A DNA stretch of 64,000 nucleotides, taken from Macrostomum lignano (Eukaryota). The DNA lies in NCBI GenBank assembly GCA_002269645.1, contig NIVC01000640.1, forward strand, positions 186,001-250,000, given 5' to 3'. The position numbers were made by a program, and so were the translations under genes. Shown here piece by piece: positions 48,852-64,000 of the stretch; position 1 is the first letter of the stretch, and every line of letters starts with the position of its first letter. The notes below the pieces were generated by a model. It saw nothing but the letters and a program-made list of their open reading frames with translations, was not told where the DNA came from and ran no database searches.

Positions 48852-50448
48852 TTTTAGCTTTAGCTTTTAACGTTAATTTCTGCTTGTGTACAGCAAAGCC
48901 TGTGATAAGATTGTTAGCGCAAACAGTGGCGCACGCGTGGGTGGCGGCTCTGCAAAATGTTAGTATTTCTCTAATAATTGAGATCCGATAGATAGGCTAC
49001 TAGTTGTCGGGGCTTCTTAACAGCGCCAAGCCCCAATAAACGAATCGAACGGAAGTGCTTTTTGGCTAGGGTAACCTCTCTCCTCTGTTTGGGGGGGGGG
49101 CTGGTTTAGCTAAGAAATTGATTGACACTAGCGATAGGCATGCGATAGGTTTGGAGGGAAGGGGGGTTGGATCGTGTATGCACACTCCACGGACTGATAG
49201 CAGGCACTGAGGAATGGCCCGGAAGGGGGGGGGCTAAAATCTTGGGAATTTTACCCCGCCTGTCTAAGCAGTCAGCCAGGAAGCAACTCTAAATTGCCTA
49301 CTTTGCCGCGCTTACCTTGTCTATAATACTTATCTAGAGCATAACTCTTCTATGAACCCTTTGCCCAAAATAAGGCAGTGCATTTCTTTTGTTTTTTAGC
49401 TATTAGCTATGATTTACAACGGTTTTGTTCAACCATTATTTACAAATTTTGTTTTTTTTATCCTGGGTGTGTTTAAGCGTCCGAAAATGCAAGTCCAAAT
49501 TCAGTACGCCAGGTGGCATCAGTCAGTAAAAAAATAAATAATCAAATAAACTACTAACATCTATGCCCTACCCTTTACACTGCCGAGCATCTAACTCAGA
49601 AGTTGCAGAAGCATTACTCAAATTTGACAATTTATAGAAGTCTTGAAATCCCAAGAATCACAATATTTATAATATTATTTAATATGCTATAAGTATTCAT
49701 CAGCGCACTAACCGCAGCCATCTCTGCTTAACTTGTGGCAGCGGCGAAGGCGCTAACCCACTGGGCTAACGACCCCTGTCCTGAATGCGCCACCCAAAGC
49801 TTTATTTAGGAGTCCATGATCAAGTATAGAATCTGCCGCAACTGTTCCCATCTCCTTTAGCCCTGGTATCTGAACGCATAAGGTTTGCTTGGACTAATCA
49901 CCGGGACAGATTAAATGAATGATAAAAACGCAGACAAAAGTGTGCTGTCCGCGCGTTTAGTAGGTTTATATATATATTATAGTTTGGCGGCTGGTGCGCG
50001 TCCGTCAGTGTTGGCATTTTGCTGGGCCAGTGTACGAGCGTGTCAATGTAAAGCGGCACAGCTCTTCTTTCCAATAATTTCAGTCGCATATATTTTGCAC
50101 ATATTATATATATTTATATAACTGACCAAGTTATAAGTGTCAGAACTTTCTGGACACCCCTCGTATATATAAACTATTGATACTTTGTGGTTGGAAGTTA
50201 AGGAATTAAAAATATTTGGTAAATATGACTTACAAAACATACATGTACTGTTTTCCTAAAATGTTTACTGCATGCCTGTTAGTGGAAAGATTTACGGGTT
50301 AAAAGGGTGTTCTAGGAAATGCGATTCTTTAAAAGTGTGTTACTTTAGACAGCTCAGTGCTTCAATCACGCGTTCACTTTTATTGTGATGCATGGCAAAC
50401 TGCCAGCAGCTGTTACAGTTAGGCTACCAGCTGCCTTAGCCGGTTGCC

Positions 50449-53400
50449 ATGACAACGCCGAACTCCGGGCCCGGCAGTCGGCGGGGCTCCGGCGGCGGCG
50501 GCAATAGCGCGGTCGCTGGCGGCACCAAAACGCCGGTCAGAGGCGGCGCGGGCTCAACCGAGGCCAGCCAGCGCGGCTCGCCGAGTCTCAACGCGGCCTA
50601 CAGCTGCCTGCGCTGGGCCGAGTGCCCGCAGAATCTGCTAGACGATCCAGAAGGTGTACTACTGCTGAAACAGTTCATGGAGGACATGAACCCGTCGCAT
50701 GCCCGCGCATTCGATTTCTATTTCGCTGTTAAAGGTTTAAAATCCGGCTGCCAGCTCGAAGGCTTAGATAATCCGCGGAAGCTGGTCCGCCTCATCAATA
50801 AGAAATACGTGAGCAGAGAGGACTGCGTCCCAATCAGCGCCGCGACCCGGGCCGCTATCCAGGCCCGAGTCCGTTCCGGGGACGCCGATCCGGGCCTGTT
50901 CGACCCGGCCCTGGACGAGATTGTGCAATTCCTCACCCACACTGTGTACCCAGCCTTTCTCAAGTCCGATCTGTACATCAACTACGTGGCCTGCGTTGGC
51001 AGCGGGTCCGCCTGGCAGCCCTATCTGGCTAGCGGCCCTGAGCTGGCGGCCTCTCCTGCCGGGCACACGCCGCGCAGCCTGCCAACTGTGCACGAGGATC
51101 GGGAACTGCAACAGCAGCTGACCGCTGCAGCATCCGCGGCCGCTTCAACCGCCGCCCCTGGCTCCGGCGGTCCGGGTTCGCGCGCCGGTTCCGTGCCCCG
51201 CTCTCGTTCCTCGCCGTCGCCAGCGGCAGCTGCCGGCGTTGTTGCAGCCGTGTCATCAGCGTCGGCTTCAGCTGCCCCGGTGCTGGACCTGACTATCAAG
51301 AATCTCTACGCTACCAGATTTCAGCGCGGCCGCGCTTCGCTGCCAGAGTTTGCCGGCGGGCCGCAGTCTGGGTGAGAGTTCGCTCGGCCATTCTGAGCTT
51401 GTGACTGACTTTCCTAGCTAGCTAACTATTTTTTAGTATATGGATTTTTTAGTGACAGTGAATATCAGTGACCAATTTAGTGGCAGTGAATATCAGTGAC
51501 CAATTTAGTGGCAGTGAATATCAGTGACCAATTTAGTGACAGTGAATATCAGTGACCAATTCAGTGACAGTGAATATCAGTGACCAATTTAGTGACAGTG
51601 ATTATTAGTGACCAATTCAGTGACAGTGAATATCAGTGACCAAATTAGTGACAGTGAATATCAGTGACCAATTTAGTGACAGTAAATATCAGTGACCAAT
51701 TCAGTGACAGTGAATATCAGTGACCAATTTAGTGACAGTGAATATCAGTGGCAAATTCAGTGACAATGAATATCAGTGACAAATTCAGTGACAGTGAATA
51801 TCAGTGACCAATTCAGTGACAGTGAATATCAGTGGCAAATTCAGTGACAATGAATATCAGTGACCAATTCAGTGACAGTGAATATCAGTGACCAATTCAG
51901 TGACAGTGAATATCAGTGGCAAATTCAGTGACAATGAATATCAGTGACCAATTCAGTGACAGTGAATATCAGTGACCAATTCAGTGACAGTGAATATCAG
52001 TGACCAATTCAGTGACAGTGAATATCAGTGACCAATTTAGTGACAGTGATTATTAGCGACAGTGAATATCAGTGACCAATTAAATGACAGTGGTTATTAG
52101 TGACAATGAATATCAGTGACCAATTCAGTGACAGTGAATATCAGTGACCAATTTAGTGACAGTGATTATTAGTGACAATGAATATCAGTGACCAATTCAG
52201 TGACAGTGAATATCAGTGACCAATTAAGTGACAGTGGTTATTAGTGACAATGAATATCAGTGACCAATTCAGTGACAGTGAATATCAGTGACCAATTTAG
52301 TGGCAGTGAATATCAGTGACCAATTCAGTGACAGTGAATATCAGTGACCAATTTAGTGACAGTGAATATCAGTGAACAATTTAGTGAAAGTGAATATCAG
52401 TGACCAATTTAGTGACAGTGAATATCAGTGACCAATTTAGTGACAGTGAATATCAGTGAACAATTTAGTGAAAGTGAATATCAGTGACCAATTTAGTGAC
52501 ACTGACAGTTAGTGATATTCTGGAACATTTTCTTATCTAGACAGAATCAGGGTACTATTTATTTGCTTTAATTGAAAAATTCTGAATTTTTTGATAATAC
52601 GCCAGAACAATAGATTAGCCTAGCTTGTGTATGGAGAAACAGAAAGTATAAATTGGCGAGTGCTTATGTCAGCCTGCTGGTCTCTGGCTTTGCCCGTGGT
52701 GCCGCCGCCGCCGCCTGTGATGTGCGTCTGTGTGTGAGCCGCCGGCCGTGCCGGTAAATCCGCCTGCCCTGCAATCTAATTCAACCCCCACCCCTCAGCC
52801 GTCATCTCGGGCGGCTTCTCCCCTCCTTCCACTTTATCCTCACCTCGCCCATTATTCCTCCTCTCTCCTCTTCTCCCATACACCTCGCTGCCTTTGAACT
52901 CTGCCGCCGTCTACTCACTACTGATGCCGCCGCCGCTCTGCCGACAGCTCAGTTAGTAAGCCAAAAACAGGCTTGGCGAGAGGCAACAGCGCCTGAATTC
53001 TGTGCCAAAAAGGGGGACTTTCTACTAAAACTGAGACGGCTTTTTTCTGCTATTCAAACCTGGCCGTATTATGATTAACCTGCTAGCTTCCCAATCGGCC
53101 TGTCTGCTTTTGTTCTCCGTTGGTTTTGAGTTAAAAAGCAGCTGAGAAGCAGTGAGGTTGCAGTCTGTAAAATTTCCCTAGCCGGCAACTCACTTCCTCT
53201 TTGTAGTTCCGCCTCCGTCTGTCGTTTGGCCTACCAAACGTTTCTCTTTCTGTATGTCTGTCGGCTGTTTCTCGTTCACTTTCTGGTTCGCCGCCTTTTG
53301 TATTGAAGCCGCTACGGGAGGGTCCTCCTGGCTTACCCTGCCTCCCCCTCCCCCCCCGGGCCGCTCTCACCAGCTTTCATTTTTTGCCGCGCCCTGAGCG

Positions 53401-56325
53401 CTGAGCAGAATTGCAATTTCTTCTTCTTTCATATTTATGTATGTATAGCTTTTATTCTGCTTCCAACGCTCAATCAGCACCGGCCAATGCCATTTCAGTT
53501 GTCCGGCTGAGCTTCCCAGTGCCATGGAAAGGCTCTATAAAAATGTTTCTTTGTTCACTCAAAGCTCTTTTTGTTTTTTTGCCGCTGTTTTTTTTAGTTT
53601 AACAATGCCTCTCCCTGCTCTCTGTTTCTATTGCTCCTCCTTTTGTCTCTAATAGGCGGGGAAGGGAGAGAGAGAGAGTCATTTGGTCGGCTTGCGCCAC
53701 ACCTCAGGGCCCGATCAGGCCAATCCCCTGCCACGGTTTGGCGCGCGGGTACAAAATCATTGATATGGGAGATTTTAATGCGAGATTTCACGCGCTTGCC
53801 CCCCCCACAACTTTCAAATCCTACAGTATGAGCCAGGCGGCACTGCCCTACCACACTTCCTACGCGCCGGGCTCCAAGCAGGACTCGGAGCTGCAGTCTT
53901 TGTCATCTGACGCCCTCACTGACGACACAGTCTCGCATGCGGACACCTCTAGTAGCTTTGAGCAGCAGCAGCTCAGCCGGCGCGGCCATCAGCGGGCGAT
54001 CAGGCGCTCGGCTGACATCAACAAGGAGGACCCGCGGGCGGCCATCATTCCTCGGCCGGCAACTGCCGCCGCTGGCGGGCCCAGCCGGCCAGCCGGCTGC
54101 GATGCGGCCAGCAATCCGGTTGAGTTCGCCCGCCAGCTGGCCGAGAAGCTGCAAGCTGTTCAACGGGATTTGGGCCGGACAGAGCGGCTAGCCGAGGCCA
54201 TCGGCCGGCCAGAGCGGCCCACAGGCGCCGGCGTGCTCAACTCCGAGTGGGCCCAGCGACTGCTGGCTCGCAATTCTGGCGGCGCCGAGCCGCACAATCC
54301 GGAGCAAATACTCGACAATCATCTGGAGACTGTGTTCGACCGGGCAGGGCCGGCCGGAGCTGTCGGCCATCAGGCCAGCCGGTCCGACACCGAGCACGTC
54401 CATCACTACCACTACCATCATCATTACGGCGAGCAAAGCGGGTCGGGCGTAGCCGCTGGCTGTCGCCAATCGAAGTCGACAAGCTCGCTGGCCGATTCCG
54501 GCGTCGGCACGGTGTCCAGCCGCGGCCGGAGCCGCCAGTCGGCCAGTCAGCATCGACAGCACACGCTTCCACCAGCACCTCCACCGCTGCCGCCAACGGT
54601 GCCCCCTCAACTACCGACCTCTCTGTCGATGCCGGCGCCACCCATGTCAGTGCCTGGGCCGCCGCCGCCACAGCCGCTGACGGCAGCACCGTCTCTGTCG
54701 CCCGGCTTTGCGTCCGGCGGCTCCGTTGGCGTCTCTCAACGTCAGTTGAATTTGCACGTGGCCCAACAGGCGGCCCAGGCCGGACCCAGGCAGCCGTTTG
54801 CCTGCGATCCGAATCTGCCGCTGATAGACAAGCCGCTTACAGATAATGTCATTGTGGAGGCGAGCCGGCGGCTGGAGAAGGTGCGTTGACCGTTTGTACT
54901 CTTATTTGTGTGAATGGGAAGAATGCCGCTGATTGTGTGGGATGTGAATGCAAAGAATATCGGTGATTGTGTCACGTGTGGGATGTGAATGCAAATAATG
55001 TCGGTGATTGTGTGGGATGTGAATGCAAAGAATGTCGGTGATTGTGTGGGATGTGAATGCAAAGAATGTCGGTGATTGTGTGGGATGTGAATGCAAAGAA
55101 TGTCGGTGATTGTGTGGGATGTGAATGCAAAGAATGTCGGTGATTGGGTGAGATTTCAATGCAAAGAATGTCGCTGATTGTGTGGTATGTGAATGCAAAG
55201 AATGTCGGTGATTGTGTCACGTGTGGGATGTGAATGCAAATAATGTCGATGATTGTGTGGGATGTGAATGCAAAGAATGTCGGTGATTGTGTGGGATGTA
55301 AATGCAAAGAATGTCGGTGATTGGGTGAGATTTCAATGCAAAGAATGTCGCTGATTGTGTGGTATGTGAATGCAAATAATGTCGCTGATTGTGTGGGATG
55401 TGAATACAAAGAATGTCGGTGATTGTGTCACGTGTGGGATGTGAATGCAAATAATGTCGGTGATTGTGTGGGATTTGAATGCAAAGAATGTCGGTGATTG
55501 TGTGGGATGTGAATGCAAAAAATGTCAGTAATTGTGTGGTATGTGAATGCAAAGAATGTCGGTGATTGTGTGGTATGTGAATGCAAAGAATGTCAGTGAT
55601 TGTGTGGTATGTGAATGCAAAGAATATCGGTGATTGTGTGGTATGTGAATGCAAATAATGTCGGTGATTGTGTGGTATGTGAATGCAAAGAATGTCGGTG
55701 ATTGTGTGGTATGTGAATGCAAAGAATGTCGGTGATTGTGTGGTATGTGAATGCAAAGAATGTCAGTAATTGTGTGGTATGTGAATGCAAAGAATGTCGG
55801 TGATTGTGTGGTATGTGAATGCAAATAATGTCGGTGATTGTGTGGTATGTGAATGCAAAGAATGTCGGTGATTGTGTGGGATGTGAATGCAAAGAATGTC
55901 GGTGATTGTGTGGGATGTGAATGCAAAGAATATCGCTGATTGTGTGGTATGGGGAAAAATTAAACCGCTAAGTATGCCCGACCACTCACCTGTTTACCTA
56001 GATATCGGTGTCATCGGCGCAGGAGCCGGTGGCCGGCCCGGAGCAGCAGCAGCAGCAGCAACAACAGCAGCAAGGCCAGCTGACAATCGGGTACTTCCTA
56101 TTCGGCGAGCCGGTGCCGTTCCGCTGCACGTGGCCTGGCAGGGAGATCACGCTTGGCCAGTTCAAACAGCTAATAGCCAAGAAGGGCAGCTTTCGCTACT
56201 TCTTCAAGAAGCGCTCAGACGAATTCGTAGTTGGCGGCGCTGTGCACGAGGAAGTGACGGACGACTCCGAGCTGCTGCCGCTCTGGGAGGGCAAAGTGGT
56301 CGGCAAAGTGGAGAAGATCGAATGA
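50449..56325 (+). CDS. Axin: Axin (~766 aa, 3 exons)
   Basis: Exons 50449-51371, 53827-54880, 56002-56325; 2301 nt, phases consistent. RGS domain (LRWAE...LLDDPEG...FLKSDLY), DSELQSLSSDA, GSK3-binding NPVEFARQLAEKLQAV, beta-catenin-binding NPEQILDNH, DIX domain (FRYFFKK...LPLWEGKVVGKVE). Confidence 0.96.
51451..52507. repeat. 28-bp minisatellite in Axin intron 1
   Basis: Unit TCAGTGACCAATTTAGTGACAGTGAATA. Confidence 0.96.
54927..55950. repeat. 34-bp minisatellite in Axin intron 2
   Basis: Unit GATTGTGTGGGATGTGAATGCAAAGAATGTCGGT. Confidence 0.96.
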
Positions 56326-56869
56326 TTTAGGCCAAGTCGACGGTGTTTTCTTTTTCTCTTTCGTCAAATCGAGATTCCCGTGTGCCTTTTTCTTTTCCTA
56401 AATTCGATTTTATTCTACTTGAAAATACTACTGCCCCCTGAGAGTAGTACGTAATCGCTGAAAGGTTCGTATGGAAATATATAAATAAAAATTACCCTGG
56501 CCTATTTACCTACGATGGCCGAGCTCATTTAAGCAAGCGAGCTGTCGGATTTGCCGAATATTTCATCGAGCTTCCATTAGCTTCCAGATCGGAGCCCATT
56601 GCTGCTCTCCTGGATCAATGGCCATTAGCCTTATACTTTGTGTACATACTGTGTTTTCCTTGGTGCAAACGCTTGTTCATATATTCATTTAATCCTTAAG
56701 CCTTGAGTTTTTGCCGTGTTTTTTAAGTCCTATGTTTCAAGTTTTTGTACTTAATACCCCACGTTTTTTTACCCCTGGAATTATGAGTTTAGCAGAAACC
56801 GGAAATTTCGACATATTTGTAAATTACTTTTCTACTTTCAATTCAGTAGCAAAGAAGAACGCGTGGTCT

Positions 56870-57610
56870 ATCTATTTTGTGTGGAATTCGTGGTCGGAGG
56901 GTTATGTTGAGGGGGCGTAAGAGGGCCAATAAACGAGTCCATATAATGTACATAGCAGATCTAGATGGAACAGCAGAGGAAGGCAATAAAAATTGGGCGG
57001 TTTGGGTGGGGGTAGAGATTTTGTGTGGGATTCGTGGTTGGAGGGTTATGTTAACGGGGCGTAAGAGGGCCAATAAACGAGTCCATATAATGTACATAGC
57101 AGATCTAGATGGAACAGCAGAGGAAGGCAATAAAATTTGGGCGGTTTGGGTGGGGGTAGAGATTTTGTGTGGGATTCGTGGTTGGAGGGTTATGTTAACG
57201 GGGCGTAAGAGGGCCAATAAACGAGTCCATATAATGTACATAGCAGATCTAGATGGAACAGCAGAGGAAGGCAATAAAAATTGGGCGGTTTGGGTGGGGG
57301 TAGAGATTTTGTGTGGGATTCGTGGTTGGAGGGTTATGTTAACGGGGCGTAAGAGGGCCAATAAACGAGTCCATATAATGTACATAGCAGATCTAGATGG
57401 AACAGCAGAGGAAGGCAATAAAATTTGGGCGGTTTGGGTGGGGGTAGAGATTTTGTGTGGGATTCGTGGTTGGAGGGTTATGTTGACGGGGCGTAAGAGG
57501 GCCAATAAACGAGTCCATATAATGTACATAGCAGATCTAGATGGAACAGCAGAGGAAGGCAATAAAAATTGGGCGGATTGCGTGTGGGGGTAGAGTTTTT
57601 GTGTGGAAAT
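56870..57610. repeat. 144-bp tandem repeat, ~5 copies
   Basis: CCAATAAACGAGTCC recurs at 56926, 57070, 57214, 57358 and 57502. Confidence 0.96.
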
Positions 57611-59623
57611 AAAGTGTGGTTTTGTTTAATCATCTACTGAACTGCAAGTAGCTTATACGCAAATGTGCTGAGTAGTCCCTGTGGTTCCGCATATTTATTA
57701 CAGCGAGTGTCAATTGACTTATTGACTTAATGGGCGACAGCATTCAAGACCGTCGGGATATTCAACGACTTGAATATTCCGGAAGGTCAATTCTTTGTTA
57801 TAAAAATGACTTCTCAAGTTCTCAGCCTTTTGTTGTATTATTTGTCAAATGGTGTCTCTCATTGTAGTTCTCCTGTTTAAGTGGGCAAATTATTTGCCTG
57901 CTAGTGTCTCTACCTCTCTCTGGGCTTTATAAAATAACCTTCGATACATATCGGTATACAATTCTTTTTAGTTTAAACCCATAGGCATTATCCAGAGAGA
58001 GGACGAGGAGACAAATTTTCACAGTCAGGCTACTCATCAGGAATTCTATTTTGTTAGATTGTTCACAGTTTCCTTTCCTGGCTCACTTTTTTCAGCCAGG
58101 CCAGCAAGCCTTCAAGTGCTTTTTTTGTTCATGTTTGCAACCCCGCCAAGCCGTATTGCCTTAGTAATATGCTTATGTAAATGCTTGTGTGCGTATGTAC
58201 GAGTACACAAACCGACTGTTGGATTTCTTTGTCAGTGACTAGCATGCTTCATTAATAATACTATGAAATTGTAACTTCCTGCTAACATATTTTACTATTG
58301 TTATTAATAGTAAATTGTCGAATTTTGTTTGGTCAGGATTGTTTGCTGTCCTGTTAAGATTGGTGCCTTCACACACGCGTCGTTGATACCGAGTTGCGTC
58401 GCTGCTATGCAAATAACGGTGTGTGAAGTGCTTTTAACAAATAACAAATTAAATTTTTTGGACTAAAATTAGGGATTCCACACTATATGATGTAAATTTA
58501 TTAACGATGTAAATTGCAGTTTATCACTCATTTAAACAAAACCTCAAAATATGCTGCAAAGGATTTTGAAAAAAACTGTAAAACAAGGAATTAGAAACTA
58601 AAAAAAATATGGTACTTATGTCTTTAAAAGTCGTAAATGTTACAATAAGCAACATACATGCTATTTGCTAAGATCCTTTTTGGCGTTGCATCAACGTTTC
58701 AATTTATTCAATTTTACTTTAGCCAATTGTGTTAATAATACTAATCTTTGTTCGTGCTGGCTAAATATTTAATTAATTAATTTATTATTATTAGCTAAAG
58801 CCCAATTTTATTTTAACTTAAAGAAAAGTAGCGAATTGCAATATTTGGTGTACTGTTTATTCTGATCGATTTCAATTTTTTTTCGTCCTGCAATAGACTT
58901 TTTCGAGCAAACCGTACAAATACTAAAATTTATATATAATTTTTCACTTTTGAATGCATAAGTAGAAGTTCTGGTCTCATCTGGGACACCTGACTGATGA
59001 CAAAGCTGATGGAGGCAACCATTGATTCAGATTGTAGCAAATAAGTGATCAAATAAAATTTACAATGCAACTTAGGAAATTGCTTTCAATTTGTAGTGTT
59101 TCTAGGCCTAAAGCTTTATAAGTTGGTATGTTTTAAAAAAAATTTTGTAGTTTAAAGTTTACACTAAAAATATAAAATACAAAGATTATCTGCTTTTAAA
59201 AGCAATATACCAGAAGATTTTAGCACTTTTCACTATATTAGTCCTTTTTAGTATTCCAATTAGAGTTTTATATCTAGATACAAAAAATTCTGTAATAGTT
59301 TTGCATAAAGCTGTATAATGTGTTTTAGCATGCTTGCAATTACATCTTGTTTTTATAAATTTTATTATCGAGTAACTCATTATAAATTAATTATATGGTC
59401 ATTAAATTGCTAGAAAATTAGTTTTTTCTAGTGTTTTAATTGTCTGTGGTTACAAATAAGTAATATAAATAGTAGTTTGATATGTAATAAAAAATATATA
59501 CACTCCTATATATATAGAAATATGTAACACAGTTCCTAGTGCCATTCGTAATTAAATCTCCAAAAAACACCCCATGCAAGCAGAGCTCTGGCAGCCGCCA
59601 CAAAACACAGCTCGCCATCAGGA

Positions 59624-63227
<3,604 letters not shown>

Positions 63228-63611
63228 GTGAGCAGCCAAACCCGACGCGGTCTTGGAAGCCATGAGCCTGAGTTTGTTTTACTGACTTAGTAGTTCAGTA
63301 GATTGTATAGAACATTGTAATTCTCTTATCTTTACTTGATTAATTTTTAAATCTACCTGAAAAATATGGATTTTTCTTGCCTTCATCCCGTGATTAAAAG
63401 AAAACCTATTAGCTCCTTATACCCTCGATTCTTAATGTTTAGTCAGCTGGTTTTTGCATGAATAGAGTCAGAAAATGTCGCAATCACGATTGCTGTAGTA
63501 ATGATCCTAAACTGCTTTTTTATTCTCTGATTGACTTCTGTCTTCCTGATAATTTTGACTGTCCTCTTATCAGCTGTGCTTTTCTACTAAAATTTTGCTG
63601 TCCACTCGCAG

Positions 63612-64000
63612 GCTGCCCACTGAAGGGTCTGTAGGGGGTGGGGGTAGAGGCTGCCCACTGAAAGGGGAGGGTCGGTGGGGAGGGTAGAGGCTACCCACTG
63701 AAGGGTCTGTGAGGGTGGGGGTAGAGGCTGTCCACTGAAGGGTCTGTGGGGGTGGGGGTAGAGGCTGCCCACTGAAGGGTCTGTGAGGGATGGGGGTAGA
63801 GGCTACCCACTGAAGGGTCTGTGAGGGTGGGGGTAGAGGCTGTCCACTGAAGGGTCTGTGGGGGATGGGGGTAGAGGCTGCCCACAGAAGGGTCTGTGGG
63901 GGGTGGGGGTAGAGGCTGCCCACAGAAGGGTCTGTGGGGGGTGGGGGTAGAGGCTGCCCACTGAAGGGTCTGTGAGGGTGGGGGTAGAGGCTGCCCACTG
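63612..64000. repeat. 37-38-bp G-rich minisatellite, running off the window end
   Basis: Unit GAGGCTGCCCACTGAAGGGTCTGTG(A/G)GGGTGGGGGTA. Confidence 0.95.

Noticed and set aside
46896-48870. Long SSDSHAV / AQIVMRF ORFs (likewise NQSIN at 28517, HSHPTQ at 54902-55926, and the 48-aa repeats at 56843-57593)
   Set aside because: Tandem-repeat read-through with frame-shifting indels and no coding hallmarks.
49735-49775. tRNA/SINE head on the minus strand (GGGTCGTTAGCCCAGTGGGTTAGCGC)
   Set aside because: A-box only, no B-box or acceptor stem; at most a fragment.

Overview
Animal genomic DNA, not prokaryotic: GC-rich spliced exons with GT-AG introns, AT-rich blocks of decayed transposons, and many private tandem repeats. 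The style resembles the flatworm Macrostomum, but that is inference only. I assembled five spliced genes by hand, with consistent splice phases, all on the + strand: a 2-exon FMRFamide-receptor-like GPCR, a 2-exon PHD+CXXC (Cfp1-like) chromatin protein, an 8-exon single-pass membrane protein with two tandem catalytically dead carboxylesterase domains, Axin (3 exons) and LRP2BP (6 exons). Mobile elements: an intact LOA/Lian-like LINE (RT-RNaseH) whose tail interrupts a Ty3/Gypsy element, a young Penelope-like element with an inverted pLTR and hammerhead ribozyme motifs, an RTE fossil, a tRNA-derived SINE, a MULE derivative and several MITEs. Best leads: (1) the double pseudo-cholinesterase adhesion-type protein; (2) intronic tandem repeats that amplify splice acceptors, so the last copy must be chosen; (3) CpA/CAG-to-TAG decay on top of CpG decay in old repeats; (4) the Cfp1-like protein with an altered CXXC loop and an HCF-1-binding motif; (5) a predicted RGS-less Axin isoform. 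All coordinates were counted by hand; no searches were run.
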